Counted from the first letter of the stretch, positions 1-9,797 are shown. The stretch: DNA of 64,000 bases from Maritimibacter sp. (GCA_964230745.1 CAXRHZ010000041.1:87280-151279); one strand, 5' to 3'. Numbers and translations are program-made. Notes: generated by a model not told the origin, from the sequence alone.

Positions 1-464
1 CCGCCGCCGACCACGATGATCTCCTGCCCGCGGTAGAAGAAGCCGTCGCAGGTGGCGCAGGCGGAGACGCCGAAGCCCTTGAACTTCTCCTCGCTCTCCA
101 GCCCGAGCCATTTCGCCCGCGCGCCGGTGGCGAGGATGACGGCGTCGGCCACGTAGGTCGCGCCGCTGTCCGACTGCGCCACGAAGGGCCGCTTGGACAG
201 GTCGAGCTCGGTGATGATATCGGTGATGACCTCGGTCCCCATCGCTTTCGCGTGCTCTTCCATCTTCACCATAAGCTCGGGCCCCTGGACCTCGGTGAAG
301 CCCGGGTAGTTCTCGACCTCGGTGGTTGTGGTGAGCTGGCCGCCCGGCTCCATCCCCTGCACGAGGATCGGTTTCAGCATCGCGCGCGCGGCATAGACGG
401 CGGCGGAGTAGCCGGCGGGCCCCGACCCGATGATCAGAACTCGGGTGTTGTGCGTCCCAGACAT
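1..464 (-). CDS. trxB: thioredoxin-disulfide reductase, N-terminal part (runs off window start)
   Basis: Reverse strand reads [28 protein letters not shown]...[16 protein letters not shown] and later G+[12 protein letters not shown] (CxxC); not in the ORF track because it is truncated. Confidence 0.95.
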   Translation of the reverse strand, partial: MSGTHNTRVLIIGSGPAGYSAAVYAARAMLKPILVQGMEPGGQLTTTTEVENYPGFTEVQGPELMVKMEEHAKAMGTEVITDIITELDLSKRPFVAQSDSGATYVADAVILATGARAKWLGLESEEKFKGFGVSACATCDGFFYRGQEIIVVGG

Positions 465-644
465 GACGAATCCCCTCGAAGTGTGTGTTGCGCCCGATAT
501 AGTGATGGGACCACCGGCCCGGAACCCCCCGCGGCGTGCTGTCACTTTCCCGACATCGAGACATGATCTTGCGCAAATGCGAAATATTATTGCGCGCGTG
601 GCCGCCTCACGGTAAGGTTCGCCAAATCAGCAGGGGGATGGCGC

Positions 645-1145
645 ATGCCGAACGCGAAACTGGACCCGATCGACCGGATGATCCTGGCCGAATTGCAGGG
701 GGACGGGCGCATGACGAACGTGGAGCTCGCCAAGCGCGTGGGCATTTCCGCGCCGCCTTGCCTGCGCCGGGTGCGCACGCTGGAGGAGGCCGGGTTCATC
801 CGGGGCTACCACGCCGATGTGGATGCCCGCGCGCTGGGTTTCGAGGTGCAGGTCTTTGCGATGGTGGGACTTCAGAGCCAGGCGGAGGCCGACCTGTCGC
901 GGTTCGAGGCGCGCTGCCGTGACTGGCCGCTCGTGCGCGAGTGCCACATGCTGAACGGCGAGGTGGATTTCATCCTGAAATGCGTGGCGCCCGACCTGTC
1001 GACCTTCCAGACCTTCCTGACCGAGGAGCTGACGGCGGCGGAGAACGTGGGCAGCGTGAAAACCTCGCTGGTCATCCGCGACGCCAAGGACGAGCCGGGC
1101 GTGCCCTTCGACGTGCTCGAGGCGCGGATGGCTGCGCAGGCCTGA
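645..1145 (+). CDS. Lrp/AsnC family transcriptional regulator
   Basis: LDPIDRMIL..LQGDGRMTNVELAKRVGISAPPCLRRVRTLE HTH plus RAM domain; divergent from trxB. Confidence 0.92.
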   Translation: MPNAKLDPIDRMILAELQGDGRMTNVELAKRVGISAPPCLRRVRTLEEAGFIRGYHADVDARALGFEVQVFAMVGLQSQAEADLSRFEARCRDWPLVRECHMLNGEVDFILKCVAPDLSTFQTFLTEELTAAENVGSVKTSLVIRDAKDEPGVPFDVLEARMAAQA

Positions 1146-1215
1146 GCGGCAGCAAAGTATTGTCCGGGTCTCGTTTCCGGCCCATCATGCGGGTATTCGC
1201 GAAGGGGAAAACACG

Positions 1216-1746
1216 ATGCATTTCAACAGAGTTCTGGCGCTTTTCGGGGCCGCCGCCGCGCTTTCCGGCTGCATGGGGACGGGCGGCACGACGGGCACGG
1301 CGCCGGACTGGACACTGAACTCCTACCTGCCGGACCCGACCGTGAACACGCAGATCCAAGGCAACGCGACGCAGGATTCTTCGTTCTCGACGCTATTCAG
1401 CGGCGTGCGGATCGGAGCGGGTGAAATGCCGCTCACGTGGAACCAGCAACTCGACAACGCCGCGCAGTCCTACGCCGGCTACCTCGTCGCCACGAACCAG
1501 TTTTCGCATACGGCGGGCAATTCCGACATTACCGACCGGGTGGCCGCCACCGGCTACCAGTACCGCAAGGTGGGCGAGAACCTTGGGCGCGGGCAGCAGT
1601 CGGAACAGGCGGTGATGACCGACTGGCAGAACTCCCCCGGTCACAACGCCAACCTGCTCGACCCGGATTTCGAGGAATTCGCGCTGGGCGTGTCGGGCAC
1701 CGGGCAGAACGTGACGTGGGTGCTGGTACTGGCCGATCCGCTCTGA
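1216..1746 (+). CDS. CAP/SCP (YkwD-like) domain lipoprotein
   Basis: Lipobox LSGC; FSHT, GENLG, WQNSPGHNANLL motifs. Confidence 0.85.
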   Translation: MHFNRVLALFGAAAALSGCMGTGGTTGTAPDWTLNSYLPDPTVNTQIQGNATQDSSFSTLFSGVRIGAGEMPLTWNQQLDNAAQSYAGYLVATNQFSHTAGNSDITDRVAATGYQYRKVGENLGRGQQSEQAVMTDWQNSPGHNANLLDPDFEEFALGVSGTGQNVTWVLVLADPL

Positions 1747-1780
1747 GCGGGGCCGCGCGACGCCCGTATCCACAAACGAA

Positions 1781-1804
1781 AACGGGGCGCCTAGGCGCCC
1801 CGTT
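1781..1804. terminator. bidirectional terminator-like palindrome between CAP gene and cspA
   Basis: Perfect 24-bp palindrome AACGGGGCGCCTAGGCGCCCCGTT between convergent genes. Confidence 0.7.
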
Positions 1805-1843
1805 CGTGTCTCGGCGGGTGCGGTCGCACCCGGATCGCGTGGC

Positions 1844-2050
1844 TCAGGCCAGCGCGAGGTTGGAGGCGGACTCGCGACCGTCACGACCTGCTTCGAGGTC
1901 GAAGGTCACGGCCTGGCCGTCCTTGAGGGTGGTGAGGCCGGCGCGCTCGACGGCGGAGATGTGGACGAACACGTCCTTCGATCCGCCTTCGGGCTCGATG
2001 AAGCCGAAGCCTTTAGTTGCGTTGAACCATTTCACGGTGCCATTCGCCAT
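1844..2050 (-). CDS. cspA: cold-shock protein
   Basis: [18 protein letters not shown]...DVFVHISA (RNP1/RNP2). Confidence 0.97.
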   Translation of the reverse strand: MANGTVKWFNATKGFGFIEPEGGSKDVFVHISAVERAGLTTLKDGQAVTFDLEAGRDGRESASNLALA

Positions 2051-2389
2051 TGGAATGTTCCTTTCAGTTTGCCACCCGCGGAATTGCGGCGGCCCGGCAG
2101 CTTAAAGATCGAATGCTGGCCGAGTAGGAACAGGATCGCGAATTCAAGTATGCCACACCCACATGCGCTTTCCTGGCCCGAAACACAAGGGTTTTCCCAA
2201 CGGTAACGCAGAGATGAGCGGCCACGCGCCCGTGGCTCCGGGACCACATTTCGGCGGCTCTTTGCGAAAAAGTGAGTCTTTTGGCATTGTTATCACGGGC
2301 TTCCCCCCGGTTAACTGACTCGCGGAACACAGTTTTTCTCCGAGTCGCCTGGGGGCGGCAGGAAAACCGGGAGACGACACTTGATTGCT

Positions 2390-3100
2390 ATGCGTTTGAC
2401 GAAACTGGCGGCGGGCCTTGCGCTCGGCGTCCTGCTTGCCGCCTGTGCCGATGTGCCGACCGAGGAAACGGCGGTCACTTCGACCGGGGAGGTGCTGCCG
2501 GTCATCTCGTCCAAGACGCGCTCCATGTACCGGGAATTCGACGACGGGCAGTTCATCGTGCCCGCCGTGCCGCGCCAATACCTGTCGGAAGAGCGCGCGC
2601 GGCAGTACGTGCCGTACTACTCGCCCTATCCGGAGGGCACGATCGTCGTCGATCCCTATGACTACAAGCTCTACCTGATCTCCGGCCCGAACGAGGCGAT
2701 GCGCTATACCGTCGGCGTCGGCAAGGCGGGGCGGGGCCTGCGCGGCGAGGCGCGGGTGAACCATCAGAAGGACTGGCCCTACTGGACCCCGACCGCGAAC
2801 ATGCTGCGCCGCGAGCCGGAGAAATACGGCCCCGTGCGTGGTGGCATGGAGGGAGGGCTGGACAACCCGCTGGGCGCGCGGGCGCTCTACCTCTACCGCG
2901 GCGGGCGCGATACGCTCTACCGCATCCATGGCACGCCCTATCCCTGGACCGTGGGCGGCGAGGAATCCGGCGGCTGCATCCGCATGTTCCACCAGGACGC
3001 CATCCACCTCGCGGCCAATGTGGAGAACGGGACGCGGGTCATCATCCTAGGTGCGAGCGAGGCGGGGAAATACACGGTGCCCACGGGCGAAAGCGCCTGA
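2390..3100 (+). CDS. L,D-transpeptidase (YkuD family) lipoprotein
   Basis: Lipobox LAAC; LGARALYLY, YRIHGT...SGGCIRM catalytic His/Cys. Confidence 0.92.
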   Translation: MRLTKLAAGLALGVLLAACADVPTEETAVTSTGEVLPVISSKTRSMYREFDDGQFIVPAVPRQYLSEERARQYVPYYSPYPEGTIVVDPYDYKLYLISGPNEAMRYTVGVGKAGRGLRGEARVNHQKDWPYWTPTANMLRREPEKYGPVRGGMEGGLDNPLGARALYLYRGGRDTLYRIHGTPYPWTVGGEESGGCIRMFHQDAIHLAANVENGTRVIILGASEAGKYTVPTGESA

Positions 3101-3200
3101 CCCCGCGACCAGCGGTTCCCCGCCGCCGGACGCGACAACGTGAATGCGCGGGGGCGCCGGATCGGCTATCGTCTGCCCAAAACACCGAGGCAGGACAGTG

Positions 3201-4043
3201 ATGACCCCAACGACCCGGCGATCCGTCGCCCTTTCCCTCTTGCTCGCGGCGGCGGTGACGCTGGCCGCCTGCGGCTCTGGCCCCTCGCGGGGGCGGATGG
3301 CGACTCCCAAACCGCTGTTGCCGGAGAACTACCAGACCACGGGGATCCCCTCGATGTTCGGGGACACCGATCCCATCGACTGGACCGAGCATTCGCCCCG
3401 TCCCGATGCCTACCCGGTGCACGGGATCGACGCGTCGCGCTACCAGGGCGAGATCGACTTCGCCACGGCGCGCGCGAACGGGATCAACTTCGCCTGGCTG
3501 AAGGTGACCGAGGGGGGCGACCACCTCGACCCCGGCTACGAGATCAACGCGCCTCGCGCGCGGGCGGCGGGGATGCCGGTGGGCGGCTATCACTTCTACT
3601 ACTTCTGCCGCACGCCCGCCGAACAGGCGCGGTGGTTCATCAGGAACGTGCCGAAGGTCGCCGGGGACCTGCCGCCGATGCTGGACATGGAGTGGAACCA
3701 CCAGTCGCGGACCTGCAAGCGGCGTCCCGACGCCGAGACGGTGCGCGACGAGATCCGGCAATACGCCCAGATCGTCACGGCGCATTACGGCACGGCGCCG
3801 GTGATCTACGTCACCCCCGACTTCTACGCCGAGAACGAGCTTGGCCGGCTCGCGGGCTACGAGTTCTGGCTGCGCTCCGTCGCGGCGCATCCGTCGGAGC
3901 GGTATCCGGACGAACGCTGGACCTTCTGGCAATTCACCGGCACGGGCGTCGCGAAGGGCGTGAAGGGCAACGTGGACCTCAACGCCTTCGCGGGCAGCGT
4001 GGAGAGCTGGGTCGGCTGGCTGACGGCGCGCCGCCAGCGCTAG
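3201..4043 (+). CDS. GH25 lysozyme/muramidase lipoprotein
   Basis: Lipobox LAAC; GIDASRYQG, KVTEGGD, GGYHFYYFC, PPMLDMEW (DxE), WQFT. Confidence 0.92.
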   Translation: MTPTTRRSVALSLLLAAAVTLAACGSGPSRGRMATPKPLLPENYQTTGIPSMFGDTDPIDWTEHSPRPDAYPVHGIDASRYQGEIDFATARANGINFAWLKVTEGGDHLDPGYEINAPRARAAGMPVGGYHFYYFCRTPAEQARWFIRNVPKVAGDLPPMLDMEWNHQSRTCKRRPDAETVRDEIRQYAQIVTAHYGTAPVIYVTPDFYAENELGRLAGYEFWLRSVAAHPSERYPDERWTFWQFTGTGVAKGVKGNVDLNAFAGSVESWVGWLTARRQR

Positions 4044-4044
4044 G

Positions 4045-5070
4045 TCACGGCAGGCGGATCACCGGGGCGGGACCTAGCGGCACGGGGCCCAGGAAGGCGC
4101 GCCCGTCCTCGAACCGGAGCGTGGCGTCCAGCGTCTCGGGATCGCCCGACAGGCGGGCGAGCATTTCGCCCGCGCGGGTGATGGTGCCCACGAGCATCTC
4201 GGGCACCGCGCCCGCCGCCTGCGCGACGGCGATCATGTTGCGCCAGTTCTCGGCCTTCACGTCGATTTCGCCCTCGGCCACGCCGTTCTGTCCCACCACA
4301 AGAACGCCGGTCGCGTCGAGCGTCAGCGCACCCCAGTCGAGCGCGAGGCGCGTGAGCTCGATCTCGCGCGGCTGCGGGCGGGCGCGTTCGATGGCGAAGC
4401 GGTCCCACGGGTTGTCGAAGCGGATCGTCGCGGTGATGCGCGCCCGGTCGATCACCTCGGGGATCGCGCCCGCGTCGCGCGCACCGGAGAGGAGCGCGGG
4501 ATCGGGGCGGATGCCGCTCGCGTTCACGTCGAAATCGTAGACATGCCCCTGCCGGTCGGGCGTTTCGCGCATCGACACCTGCGCCTGGCTCAGCCCCGTC
4601 TCGCGCGTCGTGCCGTCGGCGGTCGTGGCGATGGTGGCGCCCTCGATCTCGATCACGCTGCGCCGGATGGGAAGCTCCACCGTGGGGGCGAAGCTCGCCG
4701 AGGCGCGGAAGACCTCGGCCTCGATCCGGTGGCTCGCGTCGCGGGTGGCGAAGACCTGTTCGCCGGGAAAGACCGCGATGACCTCGGTCGGGCTGTAGCT
4801 CAGCGACAGGTTCTGGAACGTGGGCGCGGACCAGGCGATGCCGGTTTCCGGGTCGGCGATGTTGAGGTCGGTGATGGTGGTGTCGAAGCGGCTCGGAAAG
4901 CCCGCGGTGTTGAGGCTGTCATACGCCGCCGTCCAGCCCTCTTCCCGCCGGTCCTCGAACCAGCCCGCGAGCACGCGCTCGGTCGCCTGCGCGCCGATGA
5001 ACCAGTATCCGCCCCATCCGAAGAAGATGAGGAGGATCAGGGCGATGATGATCTGGGGCGCCTTGCGCAT
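4045..5070 (-). CDS. DUF2125-like membrane-anchored periplasmic protein
   Basis: N-terminal TM then GFPSRF motif and C-terminal LGPVPLGPAP typical of DUF2125. Confidence 0.75.
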   Translation of the reverse strand: MRKAPQIIIALILLIFFGWGGYWFIGAQATERVLAGWFEDRREEGWTAAYDSLNTAGFPSRFDTTITDLNIADPETGIAWSAPTFQNLSLSYSPTEVIAVFPGEQVFATRDASHRIEAEVFRASASFAPTVELPIRRSVIEIEGATIATTADGTTRETGLSQAQVSMRETPDRQGHVYDFDVNASGIRPDPALLSGARDAGAIPEVIDRARITATIRFDNPWDRFAIERARPQPREIELTRLALDWGALTLDATGVLVVGQNGVAEGEIDVKAENWRNMIAVAQAAGAVPEMLVGTITRAGEMLARLSGDPETLDATLRFEDGRAFLGPVPLGPAPVIRLP

Positions 5071-5129
5071 CGTGGCCTCTCTGTTACCGTCCCCCCTTCT
5101 AGCCAGCGCGCGACAGGAGGGGAAGCGGG

Positions 5130-5663
5130 ATGGACAGCGACCTGTGGGTCTTCGGCTATGGCTCGCTCCTGTGGAACCAGGGGTTCCCGCATGTGGAGGC
5201 AGTGCAGGCGCGGCTGCACGGGTATCACCGCTCGTTCTGCATGCGTTCGATTCACCACCGGGGCACGGACGAGGTGCCGGGGCTGGTGCTCGCCCTCGAC
5301 GAGGCGCAGGGGGCCAGTTGTGCGGGCGTGGCCTACCGCGTTCATCCCGATCACCACGCGCCCACGATGGTGGCGCTGCGCGAACGCGAACTGATCTCGT
5401 CGGCCTATGTCGAGAAGACCCTACCCGTGTCGCTCGCCGATGGACGGGAGGTCACGGCGGTCTCATACGTGATCGACCCGGACCACGTGCAATACTGCCA
5501 CCTCGACCTCGAGGAGCAGGCCCGCATTATCGCGCGCGCCGTGGGCGGGCGCGGGCCGAACACCGAGTACCTCTACAACACCGCCCAGCACCTCACCGAC
5601 GAGGGGATCGAGGACCCGGACCTCACCTGGCTTGCTGCCGAAGTGCGCAGGATCACGGGATAA
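5130..5663 (+). CDS. chaC: gamma-glutamylcyclotransferase (ChaC family)
   Basis: LWVFGYGSLLW, HRGT..PGLVLAL, LRERE, GPNTEYL. Confidence 0.92.
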   Translation: MDSDLWVFGYGSLLWNQGFPHVEAVQARLHGYHRSFCMRSIHHRGTDEVPGLVLALDEAQGASCAGVAYRVHPDHHAPTMVALRERELISSAYVEKTLPVSLADGREVTAVSYVIDPDHVQYCHLDLEEQARIIARAVGGRGPNTEYLYNTAQHLTDEGIEDPDLTWLAAEVRRITG

Positions 5664-5743
5664 TCGTCCATTCGTTCCTTGTGAGCGGGGCGCGCAGCGA
5701 CTAACCTCCCGTTCAAATAATCATCCGGAAGGAGCCCGTCCGC

Positions 5744-6907
5744 ATGGACCAGCCGGATCTCGGGGCCGAGCCGAAATTCACACGACCCTTGCGTCAGATC
5801 CTGACGATGTTCATCGTTCTGGGACTGGTGGGTGTCGGCGTGTTCTTCGCGTTGCCGCAGGTGCTCCCGGTCTTTCTCGCCAATCTCTATCTCAACGCTT
5901 TCATCGGGTTCGTTTTCCTCGTCGGCCTGATCGCCTGTTTCTGGCAGGTGGTGCAGATCGCGAGTTCGGTGGGGTGGCTCAAGCGCTTCGCCTCGGGCGA
6001 GCATGACGGGCGCGGGGCGCCCCGGCTTCTGGCTCCGCTGGCCGCGCTTCTGCGCACGCGGCGCGACCGGATGCAGATCGGCTCGACCTCGGCGCGTTCG
6101 ATCCTCGACAGTGTTGCGACCCGCATCGACGAAGAACGTGACATCACGCGTTATATCACCAACCTTCTGATCTTCCTCGGCCTTCTGGGGACGTTCTTCG
6201 GTCTCGCCACGACCGTTCCGGCGGTGGTGGAGACGATACGCTCGCTCGCCCCGGGCGAGGGCGAGGGGGGCGTCGCGGTGTTCGACCGCCTCATGACCGG
6301 GCTCGAGGAACAGCTGGGCGGCATGGGCACGGCGTTCTCCTCCTCGCTCCTGGGGCTTGCCGGGTCGCTGGTCGTGGGCCTCCTCGAGCTCTTCGCGAGC
6401 CACGGACAGAACCGGTTCTACCGCGAGTTGGAAGAATGGCTCTCGTCGATCACCAAGGTGGGCTTTTCACCCGGGGAAGAGAACCAGGGCGAGGCGGGGA
6501 TGGCCGCCTACCTCACCTACATGGCCGAACAGATCGAGGCGCTGCGCCAGGCTGTCGCCACCGCCGAGGACGGGCGCGCCACCACGGACGCGCGGCTCTG
6601 GCAACTCGTCGACGGGGTCGAGCGGCTCGCGTCGAGCCTGCATGAACAGCCCGACCTCGGCCCCGAATTCGCGCGGATGGCCGAAGGGCAGGAACGCATG
6701 ATCGCCGCCATCGAGGGGCAGGGGAGCGCCGCCGCGCCCGCCGCTGCCAACGACGATGCCGAAGCCCGCATGCGCCTGCGCTCCATCGACGTGCAGCTTT
6801 TGCGGATCCTCGAAGAGATGGCCGCGGGTCGGCAGGAAACGATGTCGGAGCTGCGCTCAGACATCAACGCGCTCACCAAGGCGATCCGCGCGCTCGGGGG
6901 TGAGTGA
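5744..6907 (+). CDS. MotA/TolQ/ExbB-like proton-channel subunit with C-terminal helical tail
   Basis: TM motifs LIFLGLLGTFFGL and GMGTAFSSSLLGLAGSL; stop overlaps next start (TGATG). Confidence 0.8.
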   Translation: MDQPDLGAEPKFTRPLRQILTMFIVLGLVGVGVFFALPQVLPVFLANLYLNAFIGFVFLVGLIACFWQVVQIASSVGWLKRFASGEHDGRGAPRLLAPLAALLRTRRDRMQIGSTSARSILDSVATRIDEERDITRYITNLLIFLGLLGTFFGLATTVPAVVETIRSLAPGEGEGGVAVFDRLMTGLEEQLGGMGTAFSSSLLGLAGSLVVGLLELFASHGQNRFYRELEEWLSSITKVGFSPGEENQGEAGMAAYLTYMAEQIEALRQAVATAEDGRATTDARLWQLVDGVERLASSLHEQPDLGPEFARMAEGQERMIAAIEGQGSAAAPAAANDDAEARMRLRSIDVQLLRILEEMAAGRQETMSELRSDINALTKAIRALGGE

Positions 6908-8781
6908 TGGCGCTCGCGCGACGGTCTGTCCGCAACGTCTCCGGCACGATCTGGCCGGGGTTCGTGGATGCGATGACCGCGCTCCTCCTCGTCCTGATGT
7001 TCGTGCTCACCATCTTCATGGTCGTGCAATACGTGCTGCGCGAGCAGATCTCGGGGCAGGCGACGGAACTCGACAACCTGTCGGCGCAGGTGGCGGGGCT
7101 GGCCGATGCGCTGGGCCTGGAACGCCAGCGGACGGCGCAGCTGGGCGAGGAGGTGGGGAGCCTCACCGCCACGCTGGGCGACATGCGCACCGAGAACGCG
7201 GCGCAACAGGCGCGGATCGGTGAATTGGTCGAACAGACCGAAGCGCAGGCAGAGCGCATCGCGGGATACCAGGGCGAAATCGCGAGTTTCGAGGAACAGG
7301 TGGCGAGCCTGATCGCGCAGCGTGACAGCGTGATCGCCGAACGTGACACGGTGATCGCCGAGCGCGACGCGGTGATCGACGAACGTGACGAGGTGACGGA
7401 GGAACGGGACACGGCGCAACAGCGTGCGGTTGAACTGCGCGCGAGCGTCGAGGAACTGGAGGCCGCCCAGAGCCGCCTGATCTCGGAACAGGAGGCGCTG
7501 CAACTGGCGCTCGCCCGCGCCCGCGACGAGATCGACGCCGAGGCCGAGGCCGCGCGCCTTGCCGCCGCGCGCCGCGAGGCGGTCGAGGCCATGCTGGCCG
7601 AGATGCGTGCCGAGGCCGCGCAGGCGGACGCGGCCCTGGCCGAGGCCGAGACGGAGATTTCACAGCGCACAGCCGCGCTGGAAGAGGCGCAGGGGACCAT
7701 AGAAGAGCAGCAGGCCGACCTCGAGGCCGCGCGGGCCGCCGCCCAGCAGGCGCAGGAGGAACTGTCCGACGAGGAAGCCGCGCGCCTGGCGGATGCCGCG
7801 GCGCTTCAACGCCTTCGCGAGCGGCTTGCGGACGCGGACGAAGAGATCACCGCCATGACGCTCGCGCTCGAGGAGCAACGGCGGCAGGCGGAGGAAACGC
7901 TCACGCTGCTCGCCGCCGCGCGCACCGCGCAGGCGGATATCGAGGCGGCGCGGGATGAAGCGTTGAGCGAAGCCGACCGTCAGGCCGCGCTTCTCGCAAC
8001 CGCCCGATCGGAACTCGCCGACGAGGAGGCGCAGAGCGCGGAGGCGCAGCGGCGCATCGCGCTCCTGAACGAACAGACCGCGGCGCTGCGCCAGCAGCTC
8101 GGAAACCTCGAAAACGTGCTCGACGAAGCGCAGCAGCGCGAGGAGGAGGCGCAGGTGCAGATCGAAGCGCTGGGATCGCGGCTCAACACCGCGCTCGCGC
8201 AGGTGGCTGCCGAGCAGCGGGCGCTGGCGGAAGAGCAGGCCGCGCTGGCCGAAGAACAGCGGCGCCGTGCCGAGCTCGAGGCCGCTGAGGCCGAACGTGC
8301 GCGCGAAGAGGCCCGCAATCTCGAAGGGTATCGCTCGGAATTCTTCGGGCGGCTCCGGCAGGTTCTGGGCGACCGCGAGGGTATTCGCATCGACGGCGAC
8401 CGGTTCGTCTTCTCGTCCGAAGTGCTGTTCCCGGTGGGCGCGGCGGACCTGTCGCCCGCTGGGCGTGCGCAGATCACGCGGGTGGCGAACACGCTCATGG
8501 AGGTCGCATCCGAAATCCCCGCCGAAATCGACTGGATCCTGCGGGTGGACGGTCATACCGACAGCCAGCCGATCCGGGGCAATGCGGAATATGCCGACAA
8601 CTGGGAACTGAGCCAGGCGCGCGCGCTGTCCGTCGTGCGTTACATGCAGGACGAGCTGGGCTTTCCGCCCTTCCGTCTGGTCGCGGCCGGGTTCGGGGAA
8701 TTCCAGCCGCTGGTGCAGGGCGACAGCGACGAGGCGTTGGCGGCGAACCGGCGCATCGAGCTCAAACTGACCGAGAAGTGA
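6907..8781 (+). CDS. MotB-like protein: N-terminal TM, long coiled coil, C-terminal OmpA peptidoglycan-binding domain
   Basis: WPGFVDAMTALLLVLMFVLTIF (conserved Asp); A/E/Q/R-rich heptads; VDGHTD, NWELSQARA, NRRIEL. Confidence 0.85.
   Translation: MALARRSVRNVSGTIWPGFVDAMTALLLVLMFVLTIFMVVQYVLREQISGQATELDNLSAQVAGLADALGLERQRTAQLGEEVGSLTATLGDMRTENAAQQARIGELVEQTEAQAERIAGYQGEIASFEEQVASLIAQRDSVIAERDTVIAERDAVIDERDEVTEERDTAQQRAVELRASVEELEAAQSRLISEQEALQLALARARDEIDAEAEAARLAAARREAVEAMLAEMRAEAAQADAALAEAETEISQRTAALEEAQGTIEEQQADLEAARAAAQQAQEELSDEEAARLADAAALQRLRERLADADEEITAMTLALEEQRRQAEETLTLLAAARTAQADIEAARDEALSEADRQAALLATARSELADEEAQSAEAQRRIALLNEQTAALRQQLGNLENVLDEAQQREEEAQVQIEALGSRLNTALAQVAAEQRALAEEQAALAEEQRRRAELEAAEAERAREEARNLEGYRSEFFGRLRQVLGDREGIRIDGDRFVFSSEVLFPVGAADLSPAGRAQITRVANTLMEVASEIPAEIDWILRVDGHTDSQPIRGNAEYADNWELSQARALSVVRYMQDELGFPPFRLVAAGFGEFQPLVQGDSDEALAANRRIELKLTEK
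7321..7404 (+). repeat. in-frame 21-bp (7-aa) tandem repeat x4 inside the coiled coil
   Basis: CGTGACAGCGTGATCGCCGAA / CGTGACACGGTGATCGCCGAG / CGCGACGCGGTGATCGACGAA / CGTGACGAGGTGACGGAGGAA = RDSVIAE RDTVIAE RDAVIDE RDEVTEE. Confidence 0.85.
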
Positions 8782-8784
8782 GGA

Positions 8785-9765
8785 TCAGGGGGCCACGGTG
8801 AGGGTGGTCTCTCGTGCGTCGATCTCGGCCCCGTCGCGCATCAGGCGCACGCTGATCTCGTAATCGCCCACGGGCCAGCCATTGTCGGGGCGCCGCTTGC
8901 CCGCCGCCCGGAAGAACAGCACCTGCCTGCCTTCGATCTCCTGCGCGGCCGAGACGAGTTCCGACCCGTCAGGCCGCGTGATCGCGATGTCGAGCGTGTC
9001 GCCGGGCCGCGCGCCGTAGGCGAAGCCCCAGCCGACGAGGGCGGGCGCGTCCGGGGTGAGGCCGTTCACGCCCGCCGATCCCGCCTTGATCGCGTCGTAG
9101 TCGGGCAGACCCGCGCTCGCCCCAATGGTGAGGAGGCCGCCGGGACGGTAGGCCGGGCTGGCGCTCCACAGGTCGTCCTCCGGCCCGTCGTCCTGGCCGC
9201 ATTCCGTGATCTCGTCGGTGTTGAACGGATCGACCACGCGCCCGTCCCGGCGGACCGAGATGTGCAGATGCGGGAACTGGGTGCGGCCGGAATAGCCGAC
9301 CTCGCCCAGTGCCGCGCCCATCGCGACACGCTGGCCGGACTGCACCGTGACGGTTCCCTCCTTGAGGTGGCAATACTGCGTCTCCCACCCGCCGCCGTGG
9401 TCGAGCACCACGCCGTTTCCGCATTCGCGGCCCGAAAGCGTGTCGGGCGGCGTGTCGTCGGCCCCGAGGTCCGGCATTCCGTCGCGCACCCCGCGCACGA
9501 TGCCGGGCGCGGCGGCCACCACCGCAACGCCCGCCTCCATCGCGGCGAAGGAGGTGAGCGCGAAATCCGTGCCCTTGTGCCCGTCGTAGGACATCGGACC
9601 GCAGGTGAAATCCGCGGCGCCCGTGGACGGGTCGGCGTCGGTGTATTGAAGGATGAAGCAGTCCTCGCCCAGCGTGCAGTCGATCGGCTGGTTCAGGATT
9701 GGATCGCGGGCGAGGGCGGGCGTGGCCGCGAGGGCGACGGCGGCGAGGGGCAGGACAAGGCGCAT
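8785..9765 (-). CDS. M23 family metallopeptidase, secreted
   Basis: Signal peptide; HKGTDF (HxxxD), YCHLK, FPHLH (HxH). Confidence 0.9.
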   Translation of the reverse strand: MRLVLPLAAVALAATPALARDPILNQPIDCTLGEDCFILQYTDADPSTGAADFTCGPMSYDGHKGTDFALTSFAAMEAGVAVVAAAPGIVRGVRDGMPDLGADDTPPDTLSGRECGNGVVLDHGGGWETQYCHLKEGTVTVQSGQRVAMGAALGEVGYSGRTQFPHLHISVRRDGRVVDPFNTDEITECGQDDGPEDDLWSASPAYRPGGLLTIGASAGLPDYDAIKAGSAGVNGLTPDAPALVGWGFAYGARPGDTLDIAITRPDGSELVSAAQEIEGRQVLFFRAAGKRRPDNGWPVGDYEISVRLMRDGAEIDARETTLTVAP

Positions 9766-9797
9766 GGCCGCACTCTAGGCGCGCGGGGCGGGCCGGC

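Noticed and set aside
2051-2260. cspA 5' leader as a distinct ncRNA/thermosensor feature
   Set aside because: A structured leader is plausible by analogy, but I cannot define its boundaries or fold from inspection.
5744-8781. Calling the MotA/MotB-like pair a Zorya defense system or a flagellar stator
   Set aside because: No zorC/D/E or flagellar genes nearby; the long coil is on the B subunit and the context looks like core genome.
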